From Candidatus Nanohaloarchaea archaeon (GTDB lineage: Archaea > Nanohalarchaeota > Nanosalinia > Nanosalinales > Nanosalinaceae), in contig JACOQA010000003.1 in NCBI GenBank assembly GCA_014297435.1, positions 96,001 to 160,000 of the forward strand: 64,000 nucleotides of DNA. The letters run 5' to 3'. The translations under genes and the position numbers were made by a program. The first letter of the stretch is position 1. The number at the start of each line of letters is the position of its first letter. Positions 47,336 through 56,667 of this stretch are shown here, piece by piece. The notes below the pieces were generated by a model. That model was not told the DNA's origin, did no database searches, and saw nothing but the letters and a program-made list of their open reading frames with translations.

Positions 47336-47815
47336 GAGTTAGAGAAGCCAGGAAGAAAGATGTTGAAGGTATTAGTGAGATAGCGGAGAAGACATGGATG
47401 GATTCTTACAGCTCGATCATTTCTGAAAGCACTATTCAGAAGGTTATCGATGACTGTTATGATTTAGATTCCTTAGAATATCAGCTGGATAAAGGTCTTT
47501 TCTACGTAGCCGAAGAAGACAACGAAGTAATCGGTTTCGCCCACGCAGGTTCCCGAAGACGGAAGTAAAGCCAATCTCTACCGGATCTACGTTGATCCAA
47601 ATTCTCAGAGAAAAGGTGCCGGCTCAAGGCTCTATGAGAAAATAGAGAATGAACTAAAGGATAGAGATATCGAAGGAATTAGACTGGAAGTCGTGTCTGA
47701 AAATGAGAAAGGTTTCAGTTTTTACAGGAAGAACGGATTTGAAACAGTGAATGTGGAGACAGTTGAGTTGAAAGGCGATGAAGTGGACCAGAAAGTTATG
47801 GAGAAAGGGATCTAG
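47332..47815 (+). pseudogene. GNAT acetyltransferase with a one-base frameshift
   Basis: Removing one base near 47548 joins ..VIGFAHA to VPEDGSKANLYRIYVDPNSQRKGAGSRL..FYRKNGF..TAG 47815 (~160 aa). Confidence 0.8.
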
Positions 47816-47941
47816 AGTTATGGTATTGAATACTTGATTATAAGTTTGCCTATTGAGGTCAGTAAGCTCTTAGGAATCTAGTTCTTGAGAAAATAGGCTT
47901 CTCCCTAAACCCATTTAATTGTTACTATGTAATAACAAAGT

Positions 47942-48718
47942 ATGTCGTTATTTGTTCAAAGGCAGCAACGCGGTATAGAAGCCGAGTTCGAGGATATTTT
48001 GCTAAATGACCCGCTCGGCCATGGAGCTGAATTGAACGAAGAGGCAATTGAGGATATATTCAGGGTCATAGAACTAGCAGACCGAGAGATCAATCACGGC
48101 TTCGCGGAAAGAGACTATATCTTTGATCATGGAAGAGCTGCCTTTGACTCCGATAAAGGAGGCGACAAAATCTCTATATCAATGGCTACAGAGTTCAAGC
48201 CCTTCAGACTCTGCCACGAGCTGGGACACAGCGCATACCATTCAGAGATACGGGAAAAAGTACCTGAATCTGACCCGGAGCCGATAAGAACTTCCTATTC
48301 CGAAGCATTCGCTGAACTTACTGCCTACCACCTCTTCGATCAGGTAGAAATGGACTACTCTGAATCCATACCAGAAAGAAACCCTTACACAAATCCTGAT
48401 CAGACAAGATTCTACGCCGAACTCGTAGAGGAAGATATACCTGACTGGAAGGAACACCATGAGAACTCAGATCTTCAGGTTGACTTACAGCACCACTCCG
48501 CAAACCTAATTGGTAGGAAGATGAGTGAGAAGGGATTAAACCCGAATAATGCCCTAGACTCAACACAACAGTTCTTCTCATTAGTGCGTCAAGGCCTCGA
48601 AGCAGTTGTGGAACACGGCACAGAGCTCTACAGACAGGGAGAGCTCGAACAGATCTACCCGCAGGGAAAAGAGAGATACGAGGAGAGACTGGACCAGATA
48701 ATAGAAAACAACTTCTGA
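47942..48718 (+). CDS. Zincin-like metallopeptidase-domain protein
   Basis: HELGH followed by SEAFAE (gluzincin-type third ligand). Confidence 0.65.
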   Translation: MSLFVQRQQRGIEAEFEDILLNDPLGHGAELNEEAIEDIFRVIELADREINHGFAERDYIFDHGRAAFDSDKGGDKISISMATEFKPFRLCHELGHSAYHSEIREKVPESDPEPIRTSYSEAFAELTAYHLFDQVEMDYSESIPERNPYTNPDQTRFYAELVEEDIPDWKEHHENSDLQVDLQHHSANLIGRKMSEKGLNPNNALDSTQQFFSLVRQGLEAVVEHGTELYRQGELEQIYPQGKERYEERLDQIIENNF

Positions 48719-48773
48719 CCCTCCAAAAGAACTATCAAAAGACCGTAAAAAATACCGAGAAACAAATTTATTT

Positions 48774-49988
48774 ATGGAGAAAGTCTTCCCCAAGTATGGC
48801 GAGGCATCGCTGGCAGACATTCCCGGAACAGTACTCTCCCTCTTTAATATAGAATCAGACCTAACCCGGTTAGACGAAGATATAGTTAATTCAGAGGAAG
48901 ACTACGAAAACGTAGTAGTAATTCTGATCGACGGTCTTGGACTAAACCAGTTAGAGAATTTTTCAAGAGGTTTTTTTGAAGAAGCTAAACAATCTGGAGA
49001 GCTTAAGGGGATTACTAGTGTATTTCCGTCAGCGACCCCAGCCACGCTTACCAGTATTAACACCGGCAAAACACCTAAAGAACATGGTTTGCTTGGATGG
49101 GAGATGTACTACGAGGAGATAGACTCGAATATCTTTACACTACCTTTTCTGACAACAGAGGGCGAAAAACCTCAAGATGCATTCGAGGAAGTTGACCCGA
49201 AGATGCTTTTCGAAGGCGAACCTATCTACCCAAGGCTTGAACAGAATGATGTAAACTGTTTTTCAGTAACTAAAGAGGATATTGTAGACAGCGAGTACAC
49301 TGAGATGGTCAAAAAGGGGTCGGAGATAGTGCCTTACCTGAACACTGCCGATATGGCGCTACAAATCAGGAGAACCCTGGAAGAAAATGAAGGTAAAAAG
49401 TACATCTATGCTTACACGTCCGATATTGATTCGATCTCCCATATGCGGGGTCCGAAGACTGAGGATGAGCGCAATCAGCTGGAGATGATCTCTGAGACCC
49501 TTAACAGAAATCTGGTTGAGGAGATGGATGAGGAAACAGCCGAGGACACTCTCGTGTTAATTACAGCCGATCACGGCCAGATCGAGCATGATGAAAAGGT
49601 GGATCTCTTCCAGTGGGATAATGTAGGTGAAAGCCTGAAGACGGATGACAACGGCGACTTGATAACTCCGACAGGTAACGGAGGTCGCTCCATCTTCCTA
49701 CATGTGAAAGAGGAGAAGCTCGATGAACTGCACAGCTTTCTGAACGAAAAGCTTGATGCAGAGGTAATGAAGACAGAGACAGCTCTAGAAGAAGGATACT
49801 TCGGTGAAGGAGAACTAGCAGATAATTTCAAGGCAAGAGCCGGAGAGTTAGTCATAGTTTCAAACGACAACAAAATTCACTGGGGTGAGCCCTGGAACCT
49901 TGAAGACATCGGGGTTCATGGAGGACTACATCAGGAAGAGATGAAGATTCCGTTGCTGAAGTTTGAGTTATCCGATTTAAGGAGGTAG
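48774..49988 (+). CDS. Alkaline phosphatase superfamily (nucleotide pyrophosphatase/PglZ-like) protein
   Basis: IDGLG, SVFPSAT, D..SH..GP, TADHG, HGG. Confidence 0.88.
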   Translation: MEKVFPKYGEASLADIPGTVLSLFNIESDLTRLDEDIVNSEEDYENVVVILIDGLGLNQLENFSRGFFEEAKQSGELKGITSVFPSATPATLTSINTGKTPKEHGLLGWEMYYEEIDSNIFTLPFLTTEGEKPQDAFEEVDPKMLFEGEPIYPRLEQNDVNCFSVTKEDIVDSEYTEMVKKGSEIVPYLNTADMALQIRRTLEENEGKKYIYAYTSDIDSISHMRGPKTEDERNQLEMISETLNRNLVEEMDEETAEDTLVLITADHGQIEHDEKVDLFQWDNVGESLKTDDNGDLITPTGNGGRSIFLHVKEEKLDELHSFLNEKLDAEVMKTETALEEGYFGEGELADNFKARAGELVIVSNDNKIHWGEPWNLEDIGVHGGLHQEEMKIPLLKFELSDLRR

Positions 49989-50045
49989 ATTTCAAAACCT
50001 AGAAATTGGGAAAAACTCAAAAATCGGCGTGAAAAACCTCTAAAT

Positions 50046-50648
50046 ATGAGAGATACCGTCAAGAAAGGCTACGAAGAAGGCGACTACGAAGGAGAGTATC
50101 GAGAGAACAGAGAGATAGTTGAAAAAGAAAAACAGCTGTTCAAGAAGCTTTCTGACAACATCAAAGGCGATAAAGTACTTGATCTGGGTTGCGGTACGGG
50201 CGTTCCTTTCGATCGTTACCTCGTTGACGAGGGCTTCGACTTGACAGGTATCGATATATCAGAGAAACACATCAGAAAGGCAAGAGAAAACATACCTGAA
50301 GCCAAATTTCTTCAGGGAGACTTCTTTGATCAGGACTTCGGAGAGAACAGTTTCGATGCCGTAGTAAGTTTCTACGCTATCTTCCATATACCTAGAGAAG
50401 AACACCAGAAGCTTTTCGAAGAGGTGAGGCCCTGGTTGAAAGACGATGGAGCCCTACTTGTCACGATGGGTGCTGAAGAAATGGAGCAGCATAAAGAAGA
50501 AATAGGAGGAGGTGAACTTGTCTGGAGCTCCTACTCACGCGAGAAGAACAAAGAGCTAATAGAAAAAGCCGGGTTCAATATTTTGGAAACGTACGTAGAG
50601 GATTGGCGCGAGGAAACACATCTATGGATACTTGCCGAGCCCAACTAG
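50046..50648 (+). CDS. Class I SAM-dependent methyltransferase
   Basis: VLDLGCGTG, GIDIS, FDAVVSFYAIFH. Confidence 0.92.
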   Translation: MRDTVKKGYEEGDYEGEYRENREIVEKEKQLFKKLSDNIKGDKVLDLGCGTGVPFDRYLVDEGFDLTGIDISEKHIRKARENIPEAKFLQGDFFDQDFGENSFDAVVSFYAIFHIPREEHQKLFEEVRPWLKDDGALLVTMGAEEMEQHKEEIGGGELVWSSYSREKNKELIEKAGFNILETYVEDWREETHLWILAEPN

Positions 50649-51286
50649 AAATCCTCACCATCCATCTCCATCTCTATTCTTTCAATAGCTTGTTTATGCC
50701 TCTCTAAACGTTTCTCCGCCACTTTCTTAGTATAGTCAAAGTTAAGCTTCTTCATCTGTCCTCTATAGCGGTCAACTGCAGAGTCCCAGAAGTATTCTAG
50801 GCTATCATCAAAAGTTCTTTCGTGTTCGGCTGCGTAATGTATCTGCCGCCAGAGGTTGTTTACACCGAAGTTTGAAACCTTGTCAGCATCCTGCACAATT
50901 TTTCCTTCGACAGTTTGAGGTTCGGAGTGATGGTTCCTGATAATTCTTTGAATTTTCTTGAGCTGGTCTTCTGTAACAAAGTCAGAAACGTATTCCTCGA
51001 TTATCTTGGCTCCTCTTTCATCGTGTCCTTCATGTCCTTCAAAAGGATCCATCTCACCGTCTTCAATATCCTCTTTTCTGCCGATATCATGGTAGAGAGC
51101 GGCGATCTCCAAAACGTTCTCATCTATCTCCTCACTTGTTTCGACGTTTTGTTTCAGTTTGTGTACGATCTCTAGAACCGTTTTAAGGTGTCTGTAACGG
51201 TAGTTCTTTCCCCCGGCTATCTCGGTATAGTTTGAGAACTCGTCTTTCAGCCTTGATTTAAGCTCTTCTTCGACCTCTTTCTCCAT
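50645..51286 (-). CDS. HD-domain phosphohydrolase
   Basis: H...AALYHDIG...H...HH...DADK. Confidence 0.88.
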   Translation of the reverse strand: MEKEVEEELKSRLKDEFSNYTEIAGGKNYRYRHLKTVLEIVHKLKQNVETSEEIDENVLEIAALYHDIGRKEDIEDGEMDPFEGHEGHDERGAKIIEEYVSDFVTEDQLKKIQRIIRNHHSEPQTVEGKIVQDADKVSNFGVNNLWRQIHYAAEHERTFDDSLEYFWDSAVDRYRGQMKKLNFDYTKKVAEKRLERHKQAIERIEMEMDGEDF

Positions 51287-51349
51287 AGAATAGTTATTGG
51301 AACAGAAAATCTTACAAGTTTGAGTTGAAAGTTAAAGGGGTAAAAGTAG

Positions 51350-51464
51350 TCTGGCAGCGTCCCGGAACTCCCGCCTGTAAGGCAGTACCGACCGGATCGC
51401 TGAGGGACTTTACTTCCGTGTTCGGGATGGGTACGGGTGTAACCCCCTCGCTCTGACCGCCAGT
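51350..51464 (-). rRNA. rrf: 5S rRNA (stand-alone)
   Basis: Reverse strand contains ACACCCGTACCCATCCCGAACACGGAAGTAAAG and GGTACTG..GGGA; terminal helix CTGGCGG/CTGCCAG. Confidence 0.93.
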
Positions 51465-51545
51465 ATCACAAATATCAGGTTTAACTCTTATAAACAGTGA
51501 TGGCGTTTAAGTCACGAAACATTCAAGCCCTTCCTAAGGTAATCT

Positions 51546-52037
51546 TTGGTTATGAGAATTAGAACCGCGGATATCGAGGACAGAGAAATCTTGGCTCATG
51601 AGATGTGGATAGAACTTGCCGAGATGATGGAGCCTTACAGCGAAGCTAACGAGCTTAAGGAAGATCCTAAAGAGCTTGCTTTAAACGGATTCGAGAATGT
51701 TCTAGAAAGCGAAGATTACGAGACATTTCTAATCGAAAAAGACGGCAACGAAATAGGTTTCATGAACGTCAAGGTAGAGGAAAAAACCACTTTCAAGATG
51801 GATAAATGCTTGGACATAGTCGACCTTTTCATCAAAGAAGGTTTTCGTGGCGAGGGCTACGGAACCAAGTTAGTTGAGAAAGCGGAAGAATACGCAGATA
51901 AAACCGGATGCGATTACATAACCGTTTCCGCCGAGTGGAAGAACAAGAAAGCACAGGAGTTCTACGAGAAGAAAGGTTTTAAGCAAAAGCAGGTTCAGTT
52001 CATCAAATTGAGGGATGAAAAATGGAGCAGGCGATAA
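51546..52037 (+). CDS. GNAT acetyltransferase
   Basis: LFIKEGFRGEGYGT, N..A..FYEKKGF. Confidence 0.9.
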   Translation: MVMRIRTADIEDREILAHEMWIELAEMMEPYSEANELKEDPKELALNGFENVLESEDYETFLIEKDGNEIGFMNVKVEEKTTFKMDKCLDIVDLFIKEGFRGEGYGTKLVEKAEEYADKTGCDYITVSAEWKNKKAQEFYEKKGFKQKQVQFIKLRDEKWSRR

Positions 52038-53002
52038 AGGATAAGATTGAATCAGCTCTTGAAGAAAGTTTTGAGTGGACGAAAATTGAGAAAGGCTTAA
52101 ACAGTGTTTACAGAATCTATTCCGGGAAAAAAAAGTTTATCGTGAAAGTTCATACTAACGAAAACCTTGAATCCGAAAATTTCAAAGCCGAGCCACTCAT
52201 TTACGATGCAATACAGGAAAAAACGGATGTTCCAAGCCCTAAAGTCATACATGAATCACTTGATGACGAAGAGTTCAGCTTCTATGTCATGGAATTAATT
52301 GAAGGAGAGAATCCCGGACCAAGAAGAAAGAACTTGGAAATGGAAACCCTTGAAGACTTAATTTTCGAATACGGCAAGATTCTAGGGGAGATACATAGAG
52401 AAATAGGCTTCGAATCCTACGGAGAACTCGAAGGAAGTACGGACGGACCGACAGTCAGGGATAGTTCTGAGAACTGGAGGGATGAGCTCTCTGAAATATT
52501 CCATGTTTATAGGGATATTGTCGAAGACGAGTGGGATAACCCTCCGAAAATGGAAATACCTGATAATTTGGGCTGTATACCTGAGAGACCTAAGCCCTCA
52601 CTTATTCACGTAGACAACAGACTTGACAATCTTCTAGTCGAAGACAATCGGATAACCGGATTTATTGACTGGAGTTTTACACGTACCGGTCATAACGAGT
52701 ACGATCTCATACGGGCAGAATATCTGCTAATAGATTATGATCTAAGATTTCTTAGTGAGACCAAAAAGGAAAGACTCAAAGAAAGCCTTTTCGGAGGGTA
52801 TAGGGAGGAAATTGATCTGGATAAAGATTCTGGGTTCAAAGCAAGGAGACAGTTGTACCGGTATGCCCCGGTTTTCTGGCTGGCTGCAGGGTTTCAGAGC
52901 TGGGGTCAGGACCTAGAAAAAGATGCTTACCAGGAGATGCTCCAGTTGATTATTGAAAGCCTAAAGGAGGAAAAGCCAAAAAATCTTCCCTTCAACCAAT
53001 AG
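52022..53002 (+). CDS. APH/choline-kinase-like phosphotransferase
   Basis: IVK, H.D.R.DN, IDW motifs. Confidence 0.85.
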   Translation: MEQAIKDKIESALEESFEWTKIEKGLNSVYRIYSGKKKFIVKVHTNENLESENFKAEPLIYDAIQEKTDVPSPKVIHESLDDEEFSFYVMELIEGENPGPRRKNLEMETLEDLIFEYGKILGEIHREIGFESYGELEGSTDGPTVRDSSENWRDELSEIFHVYRDIVEDEWDNPPKMEIPDNLGCIPERPKPSLIHVDNRLDNLLVEDNRITGFIDWSFTRTGHNEYDLIRAEYLLIDYDLRFLSETKKERLKESLFGGYREEIDLDKDSGFKARRQLYRYAPVFWLAAGFQSWGQDLEKDAYQEMLQLIIESLKEEKPKNLPFNQ

Positions 53003-53004
53003 TT

Positions 53005-53289
53005 ATGCCTATCACTCCTGAAAACCTTCCCCGCCACGAACTGATCGGACTTGAATGCGAAGTTGTAGAAGCAAAGGATGAGAACCTGATCGGATTGAAA
53101 GGCGAGGTTCTTGATGAGACTCAATCCCTACTAAGGATTGGTGATACGAAGGTCGAAAAGAAGATCTGCACTTTCGAATTCGAGCTTCCTTCAGGCGAAA
53201 AGGTCGAGCTGGACGGCAAACTGATTGATAAGAGACCTGAGGAACGTGTCGGGATGAAGCTTCCGGGCAAATGGAGTTACGTTGATTGA
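53005..53289 (+). CDS. rnp1: RNase P protein component 1 (Rpp29/Pop4)
   Basis: ITPENL.RHELIGL, G.V.DET, RPEER. Confidence 0.94.
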   Translation: MPITPENLPRHELIGLECEVVEAKDENLIGLKGEVLDETQSLLRIGDTKVEKKICTFEFELPSGEKVELDGKLIDKRPEERVGMKLPGKWSYVD

Positions 53290-53326
53290 ACGAGCCTTTT
53301 TGAATTTTTGTTACTAACTGGTATGT

Positions 53327-53614
53327 ATGGGAGAGGGGAACTACACTTCGATCGAAGATTATTCTCAAGAAGGAGAGTTTGAGGTTGTGACTGCATTCAA
53401 CCTTGTAAATGAATTTGATATGAATCCTGAGCCAGGGAAGATGTGGGCTGTAGCCGATTATCTTATGAAGTCACTTCAGGGAAAGGACGAGGCTGATTCT
53501 TATGACGAAGCTATCCTCAAGTCGGCGAGAAACACCAGTATTGATCGTGGAGACAACCAACTGGACCTAGCTTACGATACTATCGAGGAGCTTGGAAAGC
53601 TTTACCTCGACTAA
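53327..53614 (+). CDS. Hypothetical acidic protein
   Basis: 95-aa ORF. Confidence 0.6.
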   Translation: MGEGNYTSIEDYSQEGEFEVVTAFNLVNEFDMNPEPGKMWAVADYLMKSLQGKDEADSYDEAILKSARNTSIDRGDNQLDLAYDTIEELGKLYLD

Positions 53615-53650
53615 ACCCCTTTTTAAAACTTTAGTTCTATTGTTGGGATA

Positions 53651-53780
53651 GCCGCTTGGAGTCGTGAATTGACGAAAGCCTATTGTCCGGGTTTTCAGAT
53701 TGGAGCGATACTCCGGGAGCAGCGAGAGAAAAACCTCGTGTAGAACGTACAGTTTTTCCCGGGTAACTTACCAGTGGTTT
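53651..53780 (+). ncRNA. Candidate ~130-nt structured non-coding RNA
   Basis: TATA-like TTTAAAA at 53622-53628, terminal pairing GCCGCTTGG/CCAGTGGT, internal hairpins, no ORF. Confidence 0.4.
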
Positions 53781-53828
53781 ACTTAAAAAGTTTACAATCG
53801 AACGAGACTACATCAGGGCTAAAGAACC

Positions 53829-54110
53829 ATGACAGAATCAATTGAAACCGAATACCCCGTTAGGGGAGGAACTTTCGTTGGGACGGTAGAGTCCACGAAG
53901 ATGCAGAAATCCGCAACAGTAAGATGGGAGTACTCTGAGAAGGTTCCCAAGTACGAGAGGTACGAGAGAAGAAACACCAAGATAACGGTTCACGTGCCCG
54001 AAGACGTAGAGATCGAGGAAGGCGACGAAGTCAAAGTAGGAGAAACGAAGCCTATCTCGAAGACTAAAAGCCATGTTATAATCGAAAAAGTAGAAGACGG
54101 TGAAGAGTAA
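53829..54110 (+). CDS. rps17: 30S ribosomal protein uS17
   Basis: VRG..F.G.V.S.KMQK, PKYERYERR, KPISKTK. Confidence 0.96.
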   Translation: MTESIETEYPVRGGTFVGTVESTKMQKSATVRWEYSEKVPKYERYERRNTKITVHVPEDVEIEEGDEVKVGETKPISKTKSHVIIEKVEDGEE

Positions 54111-54509
54111 ATGAAGCCGATCGGATCCAACATAACAAGAACACTGGATATCGGCGCAGAACTTACATGCGCAGATAACTCCGGAGCAAAGAAGCTAGAA
54201 ATCATCGGAGTCAAGGCAAGACAGGGACGACGTTCCCGAAGGAACTCTGCAGGAATCGGAGACAAAGTAATGGTAAAGATCCTGAAGGGAGACCAGGAAG
54301 TCAAGAACCAGGTCTTCGAAGCAGTGATCGTCAGACAGGCAAAGGAATTCCAGAGACCTAACGGACTAAGAGTAGAGTTTGAAGACAACGCAGCAGTACT
54401 AGTGGAAGACACAGGACTTCCAAAAGGATCGGTTACAAGAGGACCTATCGCGAAAGAAGTCGTCGAAAGATACAGCCCGATCGGAAAGATCGCATCACAG
54501 GTGGTGTAA
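54111..54509 (+). CDS. rpl14: 50S ribosomal protein uL14
   Basis: CADNSGAK, FEDNAAV. Confidence 0.97.
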   Translation: MKPIGSNITRTLDIGAELTCADNSGAKKLEIIGVKARQGRRSRRNSAGIGDKVMVKILKGDQEVKNQVFEAVIVRQAKEFQRPNGLRVEFEDNAAVLVEDTGLPKGSVTRGPIAKEVVERYSPIGKIASQVV

Positions 54510-54512
54510 AAA

Positions 54513-55247
54513 ATGGTAAACGAGACAGAGAACTGGAGTAGCAACTGGAAATCAAGCAAGAAACCTTCAAAACAGAGAAAGTACAGAGATAACGCACCTC
54601 TACACGTAAAGGACAAACTTGTTTCTGCACATCTAGACGAAGAACTTAGAGAAGAAGTCGGAACAAGAAACATGCCTCTCAGAACAGGAGACAGAGTAAG
54701 AGTTATGAGAGGAGACCAGAAAGGTGCAGAAGGAATCGTAAACAATATTGACAGAGAAAATACTCGAGTCTACATCGATGGAGTTGAGAACGAGAGAACC
54801 GATGGTTCAACGAACCAGAAGGCTTTCCCTCCATCCAACGTACAGATCGTAGCACTAAACATCGAAGACATCTCAAGGATCGAGAAATACGATGTCGAAG
54901 ACTACGAAGAGATCAAAGTCGAAGAAGAAGAGCTCGAAGAAGCCCTAGCAGAAGATGAAGAAGAGAACGAGATGATGCAGCAGATGCAGGGCGGAGAATC
55001 AGGAGCTCACGAGCAGTTCGAAGAAGACGAAGAAGAAACAGAAGAAGTAGAGGAAGAGACTGAAGAAACAGAAGAGGAAGAAGTTGAAGCCGATTACAGC
55101 GAAGTTGTTTCGCAGAACATCGGCGATGTAAAGGATTCAGTTCAGGAGATGGAAAGCCCTGACTACGATGCTCTGCTCGAAGCAGAGGAAGACAACAAGG
55201 ACAGGAAAACCATGAAGGAATGGATCGAATCTCAAAAAGAGGAGTGA
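54513..55247 (+). CDS. rpl24: 50S ribosomal protein uL24 with acidic extension and extra terminal domain
   Basis: SKKPSKQRK, GDRVRVMRGD KOW, PSNV; ~115-aa extension. Confidence 0.96.
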   Translation: MVNETENWSSNWKSSKKPSKQRKYRDNAPLHVKDKLVSAHLDEELREEVGTRNMPLRTGDRVRVMRGDQKGAEGIVNNIDRENTRVYIDGVENERTDGSTNQKAFPPSNVQIVALNIEDISRIEKYDVEDYEEIKVEEEELEEALAEDEEENEMMQQMQGGESGAHEQFEEDEEETEEVEEETEETEEEEVEADYSEVVSQNIGDVKDSVQEMESPDYDALLEAEEDNKDRKTMKEWIESQKEE

Positions 55248-55253
55248 TTTCAA

Positions 55254-55913
55254 ATGACAAAACACCAGAAAAGGCTTTCAGCACCTAAGCACTACCCTAT
55301 CTCGAGAAAGGATAACACTTACGTCTCGACGATCAAGGGTTCAAGAAGTTTCGAAAACGCAATACCGACCGTCCTACTTCTCAGAGACGTACTTGAGTAC
55401 GCGGACAACGAGAAGGAAGCGAAAAAGATTGTCAGAGACGGAAAAGTCTACAGAAACGGCGACAGGATCAGAGACGTAAAAGAAGGCGTAGGTCTTCTGG
55501 ACGTCGTAACAATCCCTGAAACAGAGGAAGCCTTCAGAGCAGTAAGAAGAGGCAAGTACCTAGAGTTCGTCGAAATTGAGGACGAAGAAAGGGTTGCCGC
55601 AAAAGTCGTTGACAAATCTGTTGAAGGAGATGAATACGTTTACAGGCTTCACAACGGAGAAAACTATGCTACTGGAGACGAGTTCTCCACAGGCTCAACG
55701 CTTGTTTTCAACGGCGGAGTCGAGGAACTAGAGCTCGAAGAAGGAGCAACAGTTCTAGTTGTCGATGGACAGCACGCCGGAGAGACAGCAGAGCTTGAAG
55801 AGATCAACGAAAGAGGAATGAACAAGAACACAGGTCTCGTGTCCACGGAAGAAAACTCTTTCGAGACACAGCTCGAAAACCTTGTAGCAGTTGGAGACCT
55901 GGAGGTCGAGTAA
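55254..55913 (+). CDS. rps4e: 30S ribosomal protein eS4
   Basis: KHQKRLSAP, LRDVL.YAD, LHNG.N, G.HAG. Confidence 0.96.
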   Translation: MTKHQKRLSAPKHYPISRKDNTYVSTIKGSRSFENAIPTVLLLRDVLEYADNEKEAKKIVRDGKVYRNGDRIRDVKEGVGLLDVVTIPETEEAFRAVRRGKYLEFVEIEDEERVAAKVVDKSVEGDEYVYRLHNGENYATGDEFSTGSTLVFNGGVEELELEEGATVLVVDGQHAGETAELEEINERGMNKNTGLVSTEENSFETQLENLVAVGDLEVE

Positions 55914-55916
55914 AAA

Positions 55917-56429
55917 ATGAGCGAGAACGTGATGAAGCAGATCGAGATCGGTAAAGTTGTAGTAAACATAGGAATAGGACAGGTCGGAGACGACGTTGAA
56001 AAAGCAGTCAACCTGCTTGAAAAACTTACAGACAAGCAGCCTGTCAAAGCAGAATCAAAGGAAGCTTCGAAGACGTTCGGAAAACGTTCCGGACTAAATA
56101 TTGGAGCATTCGTAACCCTCAGAGGAGAGGAAGCAAGAGAGTTCCTCGAAAAAGTTCTTCCTGCAAAGGACGAGCTTGATGCCGACGCATTCGATGGAAA
56201 CGGAAACTTCTCATTCGGTATCTCCGAGTACATTGATGTTCCGGGTGTAGACTACGATGCGGACATCGGCATGATGGGATTCGAGGTAGCAGTAAACCTC
56301 GAAAGACCTGGTTACAGGGTAAAGAAGAGAGACCACAAGCCAACCAGTGTTGGAAAAGAACACCAGGTTTCCAACGACGAAGGAAGAGAGTTCGTCGATG
56401 AAAACTTCGAAGTCGAGGTGAACGAGTAA
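55917..56429 (+). CDS. rpl5: 50S ribosomal protein uL5
   Basis: KVVVNIG, VTLRG, FDGNGNFSFGI. Confidence 0.97.
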   Translation: MSENVMKQIEIGKVVVNIGIGQVGDDVEKAVNLLEKLTDKQPVKAESKEASKTFGKRSGLNIGAFVTLRGEEAREFLEKVLPAKDELDADAFDGNGNFSFGISEYIDVPGVDYDADIGMMGFEVAVNLERPGYRVKKRDHKPTSVGKEHQVSNDEGREFVDENFEVEVNE

Positions 56430-56654
56430 ATGTCATACGAGAAAGTACTAGACCAGATCAAGCACAAAGAAGGAAAGAGAAAGAAGTTCGAGAAGCACAA
56501 CGCTCCCAAGGACAGGGACTACGGAAAAGCAAAGAAAGAATGCAGAAGATGCGGCAGAACAGGGAAAGGAATTCTTTCCCAGTACGGACTTAACTACTGC
56601 CGTCAGTGCTTCCGCGAAATCGCAGAAGATCTGGGATTCAAACAACTAAAATAG
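56430..56654 (+). CDS. rps14: 30S ribosomal protein uS14 (Zn-binding, N-terminally extended)
   Basis: CRRCG...[16 protein letters not shown]. Confidence 0.96.
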   Translation: MSYEKVLDQIKHKEGKRKKFEKHNAPKDRDYGKAKKECRRCGRTGKGILSQYGLNYCRQCFREIAEDLGFKQLK

Positions 56655-56667
56655 AGGTGAAGAAGAG

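Noticed and set aside
53651-53780. RNase P RNA, given proximity to rnp1
   Set aside because: Lacks the GAGGAAAGTCC and AAC...GGCTTA P4 signatures and is too short
54900-55090. GAA-rich quasi-tandem repeats in the uL24, uS3 and coiled-coil genes
   Set aside because: Explained by poly-Glu coding; not a DNA-level repeat element
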